DNA of 63,327 nucleotides, counting the filler, from Nemertoderma westbladi (Eukaryota; Animalia; Xenacoelomorpha): assembly GCA_032718475.1 (NCBI GenBank). It is 4 parts of 4 records of this genome, joined end to end, with 100 filler letters (N's around TTAATTAATTAA, not from the genome) between each part and the next. Parts side by side here need not be neighbours in the genome. Positions count along the whole stretch, not along the records: positions 1 to 21,691 come from JAUCBJ010003256.1; 3 more parts are not named here. One strand, given 5' to 3'. Shown one piece after another: positions 1 through 12,620 of the stretch (position 1 is the first letter of the stretch; each line of letters starts with the position of its first letter). The notes below the pieces were generated by a model. It did not search any database and was not told where the DNA came from. It was given only the letters and a program-made list of their open reading frames with translations. The translations under genes and the position numbers were made by a program.

Positions 1-1269
1 AATAATATTATGTTGGAACCCCTAACAACCGACGACTATGCCGATAAAGCACTATGATTGTATACATTTCAGGCTAGACCATAGACTTAACAAATTTTAT
101 CTATGGATTGATTTTGTAATAGATTTACCGACATAGGATTTACTAAGTTCCTTTATAACAAGGAAAAAGCAAGAACGATTATCAACGAAACACTATAGAG
201 AACGATGAAATCCTTGGTGAATGTCAGCTCAACGTACGGACAGACAAGCAATCGTTCTTCTAGAAGTAAAATTAAAAGGTAAAGTGTCATTAATAATATT
301 TCGTTGATACCAGTAGTAGTGACTAAAAGTGCTGAGGAATAATAAAGTATAGAAATTGTTAAAAATTATTATAAAGCATAGTTTTGATGGTTACTACGGT
401 AACCAGGTCCCTAGTAAAATAATTTTATAAATTTGTTACAATTTTACAAACCAATAATTTTTCATGAAGGTATGTCAGTAGCAAAAAGAATATTCCAATA
501 AATACAATTTAAACTTGAATACCAGTTGCTATGGCAACCTTAAGTACAAAATGTACACCCACCCCCACCCGGCGGCGCGCAAGAAATGACGAGATATTAT
601 TATCTTGATCAGGATATTGAATTTCTTAAAAAGAAAAAAACTAACTTTTTATCTGAAATATAGGTGAAAAGTGTATATATTTAAATCGTCGCTGCTGGTA
701 GCTATGGTAACTAAGTGATTTAAAACCTTCACAGAATATTGGCAACTAACCATACTATACCTGATTCAAGTTCTGACATAATCGATATTAAGTGTTCAGT
801 TGTAAAATTCAAAATAAATGTATATATGGAAATTAAATTACTGGTTGCTATGGTAATAGGCAGCAAGAAAAATTTCCTTAAAAGGTAAAAAAATTACCAA
901 TCTATAATTAGTGAAATTTTTGTGACCAGCAGATAAAGTGGAAAAAAGTTATTAAAGTTGAAAGTTACCCCACTAAATTTTTACGCCTGCAGCAGCATTT
1001 CGGGTCGTGTTATAGTAGGTCATGGATGTACCCACGTTATTTTCACACAATAATTTGAAATATTGAATATTGATTATATTTGATTATATTTATTATAACT
1101 TTGGTTGAGCACAGCTTTGCAAAATTGGTAATGATATATCGTATTGTGTAGCATGGTAAGGGCACAAGAACAGTGAATTATTAGAACCACCGCAAAGTGT
1201 CTGCGGCGTTATTTCACCAGTTGCACCAAATTTGAAACTTTAAGCTTATAATAGTTCCTGTATTAATCA

Positions 1270-2420
1270 AAAGTATTAATCAATCCTGTTTGCCTGCGCG
1301 TTGCGGGTGGGGGGGTCTTGGATTGACCTCCGCTGTGCAGCTCGCACCTTCCACCTTCCTGGCTTCCACACTGCCTGCTCTGGTCTCTCCTACTCCCTCT
1401 TTGAGTCTCCAGTGGATGCCCCCTCCCCCTGCTACAACCATGCCCTCGCTGCGTGGTTGATAGTCCTCGGGTCGTCTGCTGCGCCACAACCAACGACGCC
1501 ACTGCCACCGCCACAGCCACCGCCACTATCCACGATGCCACCTCCACCATCCGCAATGCCACCAACGCGACGCCACCACCACCACAACCCGCGACGCCAC
1601 CTCCTCCATCCGCGATGCCACTGCCACCATCTGCAATGCCACCACATCCATCTGCTACGCCACTACCTGCGAACGCCACCACCACCACCCGCGACGCCAC
1701 CACCACCATCTATGACGCCACTGTCCACAACGCCACCACCGCCGTCCATGAATCCACATGTCACCGCTGCCTTCCCGCTCGCGGCAAACAAACAGTGTTT
1801 GTTCCACAACACAGCAGTTCCGGATCTCGGTCAGCACTCATCTAGGGTGTAGGCTGACCGATCCCCACAGCTGTGCCTGGTGTGGCAAGGATGTTCTGTC
1901 GGATGGCCTCCATGGTCTTTCCTGCTCAAGGAGCCTCGGCAGGCGCCACTCATTGTTGAACAACATTGTGCGCCGGGCGCTCATCAGCTGTGGCATCCCT
2001 GCTACGCTTGAGCCACTAGGCTTGTGTAGAGGGGATGGGAAGCGAGTAGATGGCATCACCCTGGTCCCGTGGAGCCGCATGTGGTTCCTCACGTGGGACA
2101 TGATGGTGGCGGACCAACTGGCGCCCAGCCACCTCGCCCAGACGCTCTCCGCCGGAGGCCACACTGCAGAGGATACTCTAAAGATCCGCAAGTACCAGGA
2201 ACTCATGGACCGGGGCTAACTCTTCCACCCAGTAGCCTACGAGACCTTGGGCCACCCTGGCCCAGAAACATCCGAGTTCCTGAATGAGATCGGGGCAAGA
2301 TTCCACTCTATTACCCAGGAGCCCTGATCTCACCGCTTCTTCCTGCAAAGGCTGGCAATCGCCATCCTGGTCGGCAATGCAGCCTCCATTATGGGGACTG
2401 TGGACCCCTCACTCACTAAC
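1270..2420 (+). mobile_element. Degenerate 5'-truncated CRE-type non-LTR retrotransposon (RT thumb + CCHC/RLE C-terminus)
   Basis: Across frames reads GGLGLTSAVQLAPSTFLAS ... FRISVSTHLG ... CAWCG..DGLHGLSC..RHSLLNNIVRRAL..EP.GL.RGDGKRVDGITLVPW..LTWD ... FHPVAYETLG ... LQRLAIAILVGNAASIMGT. Contains stops and frameshifts, and a CCA/CGC-rich low-complexity insert at about 1480-1760. Confidence 0.8.
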
Positions 2421-2701
2421 AACGAGGACTCTACGAGGTGGTCCATGGTCCCTATACACCACCCCACCACACTCTGAAGTTATTCTTAATGAAGCAGAGT
2501 GAAATATTAGTTCGAGTATGACATTCAACATCCTGACATGAAGCAAGGAAAGATCAAATAGTGAACTAAAAAATAGTAGAAACACCTCTTAAGGCAGACA
2601 GACAAAATACATACTGCATATTAAATGAATAATATATATAATTACTATTGGGATTCTTCTTCAAGATAAATATATTGGTTGTCAGTCGATTTGGGGTGGA
2701 A

Positions 2702-3529
2702 TCATAGACTGGTTCGAGATCGACTGGGTTGGACATGTTGTTTTTTCCCCTTGTCCTTTGGTACTGCAACAGCTGTAAACTCGTCGTCACGAGATGTTGG
2801 TGGCTCACCCCCTATCCCCCCAGAGATCGATTCGCTAGATGGGAGATACATGCAGGATCGAATCTCCTCGTATGTGAAGGGGATGATGAGCGTTTGAGGT
2901 TTCTTTGACCCCAGAACGTCCTCGATGTCCTCGAAGATCGTAATCATTATGTATCAAGATTTTGCGGCCAGCTGCAGCCTAATGTTGCCATTACATGAGC
3001 CACAGCCATATATGATACCATCTGCATGGATCTTCCTAAGGAAGTTTAGCAAACGCGATATTGTAAGAGGGTTGCTAATCTGAACACCTTTAGGAACATG
3101 TTTGATATTTGCAAATATTTCTGAATGCGGGGAATGGTACTTAAACTTTACAATAATTGATGGTGGTCGCTTAGAACCAGGGTGTTGAGGGCCAAGTAGA
3201 TGACAAACATCTACTGACTTCAATCCGTCTGAGACTTTTAGTGCCCCCAAGATAGGTTCAATGATGTTTCGGACATCCTCAGGTTTTTCTGTGGAATGAA
3301 TTTCGATACTGTGTAGCAGAATGTTGCATCTGCGTCGATACTAGTGTTCAGCGTCATTGTTTAGCAAACTGGCTGTAAGGAATTGTTGGTGCTCGTTAAT
3401 CTGCCTGCGTGTACTTTCGCTTGCAGCTCTAGATATATCAATGCTGTGTTGCAGGTTCAGATAATTTACCTCACTAGTTTTGCGTAGCTCAATTATTTCT
3501 CAGTAAACCACGTCAAGTGTTATCGACAT
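2702..3529 (-). pseudogene. LINE (CR1/L2-type) ORF1-like protein, degenerate
   Basis: One frame from ATG 3529 to stop 2702 with three internal stops. A coiled-coil-like N-terminus precedes YRRRCNILLHSIE...VDVCHLLG...RPPSIIVKF, matching the ORF1 RRM pattern (EQYSRRNN..I.G, HR.G, RPIIVKF). Confidence 0.65.
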
Positions 3530-3741
3530 AGTTGAATATCGATATCAACTGGAGCCAGGGCTCGGCATTGTAGGACCGCAGTCAGTATGTAAAATGTATG
3601 TTGGTTGCAGTAGGTAGGCCTACAGAAATAACAGTGCTACATAGTACTGGAGTCAGTGTTAAAGGTTAAAAGCAGCAGAGATGACTAGTTGGAATTCCAT
3701 AAATGACTAATGAGTATTGGATGCGGACAGACCACAGTAAG

Positions 3742-4379
3742 TGTAAGCAGATTCAATTCCCTGCACTACTCAGCGTAAAGTGGGCAAAGTGGCATTTTAC
3801 GAATTATAATTGGGAAGGTGACATTACCAATAATAATGTCACCTCATAACCAACTTAGGCGATACACATCGCCAGCCACAAAGAAAGTTGAGAGGAAAAA
3901 CCATCTCAGAGGGACAAAGGGGCTAGCAGGGGTTAGCATGTGGGGACAGTGGCAGCATGGAGTGGCGAGGTGACAATTAATCAGGTTAGCCAAATATGGG
4001 AGGGGAAAACAGATTGGAAGTGATTAGATCGCATCTATTGGCCAGGCCACTCAGTACAGTAGAGGTAATTAATATGTGTTAAAGAATATAACCGTTGTAT
4101 TTGTGGATTATGATTCAGTTGGTGTTTGTAGAGTTGTGAGACCGGAACGGTTTTTAACCGTCGTCGCGGTCAACATTGCCGTGCTATTATATTCTGACTG
4201 TGCTATTATTATGTTCTGTGATTATAACAACTGACAGTAAAACTTCAGTTATTTCAACGGCCTTCAGCCTCAACATCCAGACCACAGCCTTTCCGCAGCA
4301 TACGGACGCGGCGACGCGTATAGTACCAAACACACACACCGGTCGGGATCCATACTGCCAACTCCAGGATCCCATCACA
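3742..4379 (+). mobile_element. Solo LTR (copy C) with 5-bp TSD
   Basis: TGT...ACA termini with GTAAG on both sides (3737-3741, 4380-4384). Starts TGTAAGCAGATTCAATTCC like the LTRs at 29875-30259 and 46628-47226. Has a TATA-like element followed by TCAGTT. Confidence 0.8.
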
Positions 4380-4533
4380 GTAAGCACTACCCAGTGAGCA
4401 CTACCAGTAAGTAAGCACTACCAGTAAGTAAGCACTACCCAGTGAACACTACCAGTAAGTAAGCGCTACCCAGTGAGCACTACCATTAAGTAAGCAGTAC
4501 CCAGAGAGCACCACCAGTAATAAAGTACTACCC
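4380..4533 (+). repeat. Minisatellite built from AGTAAGTAAGCACTACC / CAGTGAGCACTACC units
   Basis: Directly visible imperfect tandem units. Confidence 0.85.
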
Positions 4534-4840
4534 AGATGGTAAATAGGGTGAACCACACAGACACAGAATGGGGAAAAGGAAGAACAGAGGTAGATGGAAA
4601 CAGACAGGAGTGGAGTAGGCTATCCTGATAGTAATTAAGATCAGAATTACTAATACCTCATCTGAGAGGGGCCTTGGTAAGGCACCACCGATTAGGTGAG
4701 AGGGCGGGATGGCAGAGAATGAATGAAGAGACCACGAATGAAGAATTCAGAAACAACCTCTTTCAACTAGCTACTGGGAGGGGGGACATCACTGACAATA
4801 TACCAGACAAACACCACTGGACAAGACCATAACAACCACA

Positions 4841-5270
4841 TGTGAGACTGTATGAAATCTGGTTTAGGGGAGTGAGAGACAAGTAAGCGTGATTGGTGAG
4901 TTTGGGTGGTGACAGGTGTAACATCTGGGAGAGTCACAGGCCAATGAAACGTGTAAGCCTATAGGCAATAGACTTTACCCTTTATATTAACAGTCACGTG
5001 CATTGTGCAATCAGTTGGTGATTTATTCTGTATAGTAGAGGTGTATAGTTTCCCACCGCTACGCTGTGCTATCACAACTACTGGTTTTTTTTCATCAGTC
5101 AGTCGATCAATAGTAACGTTCACCAAACACACTCTTTTATTTCAATGGCCTATGGACAAGTCAGTCAGTCCAACCACCATGGGTCAGCCATTAGCCAGCG
5201 CGCGCATATACCATATACATACATACCAAAGGCAAACGGTCGGGATCTCAGGCCAACCGGGATCCACACA
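4841..5270 (+). mobile_element. LTR-like element (copy D), related to copy C
   Basis: Runs TGTGAG...ACACA and shares TCAGTTGGTG, CTGTGCTAT, TTATTTCAAYGGCCT and CGGTCGGGATC...GCCAAC...GGATCC with copy C. No clear TSD. Confidence 0.55.
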
Positions 5271-5439
5271 TCGGGACACATATCAAACTGATTCACTTAA
5301 AATTCGACCCTTTAGAGGGGATACTCAACTGGGCTGCTTTCCAGAGTCTGGGCAGCAGGTTGAGGTTTGACCTAGCTTTTCCTTTGTGGATGCAGATGTC
5401 TTCTGCTAACTCCTTTCGATGACACCCCTGTTACATAAA

Positions 5440-5739
5440 TCAGCTAAGATAACATAACTGGTTTCTCTTGGTAAAGTCACTGCCCCCTGGCATGTTTCGC
5501 TTAATCAGACATTGATCTCTAAAGTATTGGTGTAACTTCTCTATAAAGCCGTCTGTATGAAATTATGAATTAAATATCAAATAACTGGAAATAATGTAGT
5601 TAGTAATGTTTACCTTCAGATATCAAATATATGCCATCAATGTCGCCATTACTATTCTTTGGAGCGGTGAATGCAGATATGATTTGAAAATTATTTATTT
5701 CGCAGATACTTTTTCCCTCTCCAAACATTGATAATACAT
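5440..5739 (-). CDS. Putative last two exons (5614-5739, 5440-5552) of an unidentified gene
   Basis: Canonical AG/GT boundaries, a 61-nt intron and matching phase 1-1 give an open peptide xVLSMFGEGKSICEINNF...DGFIEKLHQYFRDQCL...LCYLS*. No family recognised. Confidence 0.35.
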
Positions 5740-5913
5740 CTGAATGACAAAATTAATAATATAAAATCATACATGGTTACACTAAAAATCCAGTAAAGAT
5801 GTTCAATTCATTGAAAGTAGTAAAGATGTTCAATATTTTGCAATATTCAAAATGGATACTTATTACTTATTGACAACACTTCTTATTATGGAATCATAGC
5901 TCTATTTTTTTAG

Positions 5914-6934
5914 CCCTGGGAGGGGGTCATTTTGAATTTTTTTAATACATCTACATCTTGGCCTGGTTTGTTTGGAAAACAGAGATTTTGTAACTTTTCA
6001 TAAAATTTGATGAGCTATCAAAATTGGCGTAAATGCCAATTATATAGCTATATTAGTTTTCGTGCCATGGTCCCATTCTGGCACCTATCTCCAATATTTT
6101 TTGTGCTAAAATTTTCAAAAGTTTTTCTGGCCCTCTTAAATACATTTATTTGCGGTAGAGGTTTTTAGATGCTGGTCACGATTATAGAACCCAAATATAA
6201 TATTTGAAAAAAAAATTGGTAATATAGAATGTGCACAATGGGGCATGAAAAAACAAGTAGTGCAAATATGATAATGAAAAATAGCCACCAAATCAACCTG
6301 ATTTTATGAACTTATGGATTTTCGAGGATGCTGATCAAGAATATGAGACTGAAATATATCATGCCTTATTGATTATAGCATATACATGTTTGATGTACCA
6401 ATGTGGCACGAAAAATACAAGTATCAAATATTTGATAACCAATCCTAACTCATTACCAAATGAACCTGTATTTAAAGTCCTATGGGATTTTGTGTAGCCA
6501 GATTTATCATGTATGATACTCAAAAAATTTCGTTTCTGAATGATTATGGTATTTTTGAATGTGTGTCAATGTAGTAGAGAAAATACAGCACTAGTAGCAC
6601 AAATTTGTAATTAATTTTATGGATACAACATTATAAATTTTTAACAAGTTCAACGTGATCAGTGACCTCGAAATCCCATATTCCTTCAGAATTATCCAAC
6701 CAAACACATCTTTTGGTTTGAAATTATTTCTTCTACATGCACTTTCGTCCCGGGTGACCAGAAATGCACCAGCAATGATGGTTGCAATATCAGCGACCAC
6801 AAAAACCATTATATCTCTAAAATTAAAGACAAGCCATCTAAAAAATTTCTATAATGACCCCCACCACCCCCCCCCCCCCCCCCCCCCCCCCCCCTAGACC
6901 AATTACGTAGTAAAAATAACCAACCAGATAAGGG
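5914..6934. mobile_element. Non-autonomous TTAA-type (piggyBac-like) DNA transposon
   Basis: Left TTAG|CCCT..GGGGGTCATTTT and right ATAATGACCCCC...AGGG|TTAA. No coding capacity. Confidence 0.45.
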
Positions 6935-7006
6935 TTAATCCAACCAGTACAGGTTTGACGCGTAGTTTGACTTTGTCATAAAAGCTACATTAATATTATG
7001 CAATTA

Positions 7007-7406
7007 CCGTAAATATACTCATAAATACGTCGCTAAATTCAATCTGCAGTATTACCTCCTCCATACTTACGACCTAAATAACGCACTACCATTTCTATTA
7101 TAATATCTCATTTTATTTATTTCACAACGTATACTAAACATTCAAATTTTCCAAAAAAAGGTGACATATTTGTATTTGGTGCTACTAGAACAACAAAGAC
7201 TATAGGTTTTGTAGTTTCGGGAGTACTTTACTTTTGTAATAACTTACAAAAGTAAAGTTAAGTTATAATTGTAATAACATATATTCTTCCATCAAAATAT
7301 AAATTGCACTATATTATATAATATATAAGTTAGATAGGTCGTAAGTATGGAGCATGGAGGAGATAATAATGTAGATTGAATTAATGACACTCGGATTTAA
7401 TTACAG
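7007..7406. mobile_element. Tc1/mariner-like MITE with TA TSD
   Basis: TA|CCGTAA...TTACAG|TA with about 80-bp imperfect TIRs (AATTCAATCT...CTCCATACTTACGACCT and its reverse complement near 7337-7382). Confidence 0.65.
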
Positions 7407-7471
7407 TAATTTAATTAGTGTAGTACTAGTAATTATTAATTAGTAATAATTAAGATAATAATAATAACTAG

Positions 7472-8826
7472 TTTTTTTTTTACGGTACTGATTGGGATCT
7501 TTTTAATAACAAAAATAATCCATTAACATTGTAACTAGTAGCCTAATGCAACAGTAGAATCCTCACCACCCGTCACCAAGCAACAGTACCGCACTTTGAA
7601 CAGTTAGGCCTACTGCAGTACTGTTTAAATCAAGATGCCCCCTGTTTACGATTGAACCGGAATTGCGGTTGCTGTGTCAGCATTTGACAGCATGATGGAG
7701 GTCTCCGAAATTTACTGGTGAACCGGACGTCTGCTTGAGGAGCGGGACCCACGAAGGCACATTAGAGAAGATCTCAGAAGAGAGAAACTCAGTTGCCTCC
7801 GCGTCCATGACACACATTCCGGGTAGCTGATTCCACGTTTGTCCGCAATCTTTAGGGACAACTGCTTCACGAACTGCTGTGTTGTCGGCGCCATCCCTCC
7901 AAATGCAGAGAATATGAGGGGTGTAAAAGTCGATAACTCGACTTCACGGATGCGCTCCTCATATTTTAGCTGCTTCCGTCGCTCGTGGTATTGATGGGCT
8001 TCCTCTAACTTCATTGCTGCATTGGTTTCTGCCGGCGGGTTAAATATGGAAACATTGATAAAAGTTTTCTGATAGCGACTACCCCAAAACCCCGATACCG
8101 ATACATTGAGTCTGGCCTGTTGATCTTTTATTGTAAAACGGTAGTTGAACATTTCTCCCATTAGCGTTTGCAATAACGGTTCGACCGTTATGTTGTGGGC
8201 CACCTCAGAAAGCGCGTTAGCAATGAAATCCCTAATCTTGTTGTGCCGTATTGAAGGATATCCTCCAGTGGGGCACGAAAGGACGTGTGATGCAGAAAAT
8301 CGCACACCACAGACACAACGAGAGGGGAGAGATTTCGGTTGCCACCCATACCGGAGACACACTGCATCCTGGAACTCTTCTTTCGAGAGGTGAGTATGAT
8401 GTAGGGTTACTACTGGTTTGCAATTCAGCCAGGCTGAAGCACTTTTTTCTGTTACAAGCTCGGATAGGTTCCGTTGGTGTGCTGGTAGGTTATTATAAAC
8501 ACTTTCTCTCTTTTCTTTCAGACCAACAATTGCTTCACACTTAATCTTATGGGCGATTACCTTCTGTGCCTCCAAAATCTCCAGCATATCTTTCTCGGCT
8601 CCATAAGTGGTAAACGGTTCACATATAAGCCGAGAGTTGGTGTGTTGGGATTCAAGGTCAGATGGTAACGGAATTCCCAGACCACCGAGCCTGGTTGGTA
8701 AGGAAAACAAGTGACGCTCCTCGGATGTCAGGGAAGGCCGATCAACAAGGCGGCACAGTAAACTATTTACCGTTTTCTCGAGTTTATCCAACTGGTTCGC
8801 TGCCTCCGGTAAAACATGCGCGAACA
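7472..8826 (-). mobile_element. 5'-truncated CRE-type non-LTR retrotransposon
   Basis: ORF 7712-8827 closely matches the C-terminus of ORF 33484-35628 (HLSKEEF.DAVCLRYGW, CVCG, HVLSCPTGG). Poly(A) at 7472-7481. Candidate 12-bp TSD AATAATAAYTAG at 7460-7471 and 8827-8838. Confidence 0.9.
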
Positions 8827-9649
8827 AATAATAATTAGTAATAATTAATTAGTATTAGTATTAGTATTGTCTGGCAGTGTGCGGGTTAACATGACGTAAG
8901 AGCTGGTATTAGGTTCGGTTAGGGTACCTCTGGAACCATCTGAACACATGGGTGTCTAGGCGTGATTATGTGATTGGAGATAAGGAATACCAGGGTATAG
9001 GAGTAGGGATAGTTGGTTGTCCCAGATAATATGTAAGTTACCGTAAATGTATGTATGTATGAATGTATGTACGTTGGGTAAAAGAATGATTAAATGTGGA
9101 AGGGCAGTATATAATGCAAAGCATATAATAACTAGTTATAGTTTTGTCTGTTTGTTGAGTAGGTCTAAGTCATTAGCAGTTTGGTACCGTATTCTTTGTA
9201 ATAATAATAATGTAATGTAAGTAATAATGTAATATGTAAAGCAGTTATTATTTACGACCCTATTGATAACCCTGGTGGAAGAAATTATATCGGTTAGATT
9301 GAAATTCACTCTTATTTAGTATTATAAAGGGGCTAAAATTCAGATCAACTATAAAGAAATCAATGCCCTAAAGTCAGCATGGTATCAGTTAAACAAACCC
9401 GTTTATGAAAGACAGACATAAGCTATTTACACAATTCAAAGTAATTTCGCAAAATAAATTTCCTTTTCTTGAGGTCTACTGTAGATCACAGCTCCTTTTT
9501 AATTACTTTTTTTATTGTATATGTATACCGTAAAGGTTGTTACCTAATCTTAACGTTACTTAAAGTTACCTTATCTTAATAAACATTATATTTATAACGT
9601 TACCTTATCTTAATAAACATTATATTTATATCATAATAATATAGATTAA

Positions 9650-10053
9650 TGAGAGTATGAATTGAACATTACATCAGCCACTGGTGGTAGATGCCGACTT
9701 TGGAAAAGCTGTGCCCAACAAAAAGTTATAACTGGTGGCAGAGGCACAGTAAAACCACCAATACTATTGATGAACCTTGACTTAGCTGATGATCTGCGCT
9801 TATGCACATTTAGCTTCTAAGGCATTATACAACATCATTGGAAACCCTGGAAGCATCATATTACCAAAATCCAGCAACACCCTGCAGTCACATCATTTAC
9901 TGAGAGGCAACCTGAAGTCCATAATTGACATTCTTAAAACGCAAGCTAAAATTAACTTGTGATTGTAATGATGATGTTGACTTGAGGATAAATTGCGGAT
10001 TTCCATGGCTGCCAACAATCAGTGACTCCCTGTTCTCTGTCCAGTGCTTTCTG
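9650..10053 (+). mobile_element. Highly degenerate RTE fragment
   Basis: ACCTTGACTTAGCTGATGATCTGCG corresponds to the DLDFADDLR motif of the RTE at 41231-42397. Confidence 0.5.
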
Positions 10054-10433
10054 GGATGTTAAGACAATTGTGACCTGGACAATTGCGACCCGGACAATTG
10101 CGACCCGGACAATTGCGACCCGGACAATTGCGACCCGGACAATTGCTACCCATGATTTTGGGAAAAAATTGATGGGTCGCAATTGACCAGGTCGAAATTG
10201 TCCGGGTCGCAATTGTCCGGATCCAGATAAAAAGATGTAATGTATATCATTAATAAATATCATTGTATCATTGTATATCATTCATTGACAATTGCGACCC
10301 GGACAATTGCGACCCATAATTTTTATTTAAAAACATGGGTCGCAATTGACTGGGTCGCAATTGACGGGGTCGCATTTGTCCGGGTCGCAATTGTCCGGGT
10401 CGCAATTGTCTGGGTCGCAATTGTCAGGACTCC
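10054..10433. mobile_element. Foldback-like MITE with GG..CC ends and 8-bp TSD (MULE/Merlin-like)
   Basis: GCTTTCTG duplicated at 10046-10053 and 10434-10441. Contains arrays of the 15-mer GGACAATTGCGACCC in inverted orientation. Confidence 0.8.
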
Positions 10434-11829
10434 GCTTTCTGGTAGTACTGGGTCCGATAAATATATAATATATACTTCATAATTGTTGCGAATAAATTTT
10501 TTTATTGTTATTAAAACAGTCGGAATTTGGTACTTACATGTGCAAAGCGTAACAAAAAATAAATCCATCTCCGTGCCAATATGGAAAATAACTCTTGAAA
10601 ATATTTCAGTCAAACATTAAATACACAGATATTTATAATATTATTTTTAACAGGTATTACGTATATTGAAGGAACTAGCATTTAAACGAAGGGGGATAAT
10701 AAACATAAATAATCAAAAGTTTCAACCACAACAAATAAAAACCTTATGCCCCTATATCAAATTACTTGCACTCTAAAAACAGTTATTAAGGCCTACTATG
10801 TACTGTATACGTTGTATTATATGGTACAATGCTCAATGCATAAAAAAATAAAGAGTACGTTTATTATACCATCGTTATTACATGTAATAAGTGGCACTGG
10901 AAGTTGTACAAAAGAATATTTGAATGGCATGTAGCAGCATAAAACTACATGTATATTATATTCAAGACTATAATATTCCACAAAACAAATCTACTATGGA
11001 CAATTACACAGTGTATAATCACCTAATATATCGAAAGCTAATTTGCAAATGGTTTTAAAGTATTTAAGCCAAATAAACTGTGTAAAACTATAAAACTACA
11101 ACATAAAACTGTGTATTGGAAATTCGACAATATTACATACACTTTCACCTTGGTCATGGTGGTAGGGAACCCCAAAATAATAGATTAATTAATGAAACTA
11201 CCAAATATAAACAATATCACAAAATAATAAAATCAAGAGGCACCTACACCAGACTCCAATGTATCTGTTTTTTGAGTTTAAAACTGAAAAACTTAATAAG
11301 ATAAATGAAATGAAAAGATCAGACCCCCTTGCTTATTTTATATGTTGTATATACTCTGTCATCCGAAATAATATTATTGATGACATAAGCAACTATGATT
11401 ACACAATTATTTCCAAATCATTGACGAGATCTTTAATGTTGATTAGATTGGGAAAATGTCATTCATCAGTTAAACCGACTTATACAATATAATAAAAAAA
11501 ATCCATAACTCATCACAAGCAATACTTCAAACGGATATACCATACTTTTGAAACGAGTGATTCCCCGAACTGATATATTTTATTCTAAGTGTATTAGGAG
11601 GTGGAGGAGGGGGTGGTAACCTAAACGGAAATTTCATTTACTATGAGAACAATGCCCCATTTATAAATGAGCATATAATTAATGCTGTGAACCCTCGGTA
11701 ACTTCCTGATGTACAGTTCAGTATGAACCATCAGGAATTAGGATTCCCCTGCTCTAAGAGCCCAAGGGAATGGCGTATAACAGTACTGCTACTGGTTCTA
11801 CAGTACTGCTGCCTGGTATAAACTTACTT

Positions 11830-12620
11830 TCACAGGTCTGATTTCAGGTTATTTCCACTCCCTTGATAGTTTATTTAATGTAGAGCATACCTTGCCCATC
11901 TAAGATCCTGCAGTCTAGGTAGCAGAAGTCAAGCATGACTAAACAGGCCATCCAATGACTGACGTTGGAGAGACTTACTGTCTGGTGTCTGACTGGTGAT
12001 AGACTTAGGTCTTTTCACAAATTGACCAACATCAGATGCTGTTTGATCTAGACTGGTGAGCAGTCTTTGCGAGCACCATCAAATGTTTCTTATAATAAAT
12101 CCAAATCATCAGCAACGTGAAGGTCCTTGAAGTGTATTGGTGGTTTTCCTCTATTTTTAGAACCACCGGCTGGTTGTATTTCCAGGCCGTCTATACAGTA
12201 TAATGTTCTTTAAGAGACATTTGCGGTATAATCTGGTGCAATAGTGAAGAGAAAAGGAGCAAGCGTGTCAGATTTATGGACATCTCACGATACTTCAAGT
12301 GGGTCGGTTTCTCCATCTGATGTAGAGATAAATGTTGTTAGTGATTGATTCCAACCATGACATCATCAGAAATACCACAAGCCGGAAGTATCTTAAACAT
12401 GCGTGGACGGGAGGCAGAATCATAGGCTTTAAGCAATTTTACAAAGTTGATGGCTAGATGCCTCATATACTGTACAATTCTTCAATGATCCGACGAAGTG
12501 AAAGAATGGGCTTCATGGTATTTTTACCTATGAAACCCATATTGGTTGTCACGCAGGAACTTTTCAACAGAATACTTATGCGGTTCTACATTATTCTGTT
12601 GAATTATCTTAGCTGCAACC
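11830..12620 (-). mobile_element. Degenerate RTE reverse-transcriptase fragment
   Basis: Minus strand gives DTLAPFLF and ADDLDL remnants similar to the RTE at 41231-42397. Confidence 0.65.

Noticed and set aside
1301-1852. Pro/His/Thr-rich ORFs as genes
   Set aside because: Products of a CCA-rich low-complexity insert in a dead retrotransposon.
4135-4379. Short LTR starting at TGTGAG 4135
   Set aside because: The true start is 3742, supported by the family 5' motif and the GTAAG TSD.
5490-5515. Hammerhead-like CTGATTAAGCGAAAC on the minus strand
   Set aside because: No stem II, and it overlaps a plausible coding exon.
11546-11618. Possible minus-strand exon VTTPPPPPNTLR
   Set aside because: Splice signals are plausible, but there is no homology and the phase is ambiguous.
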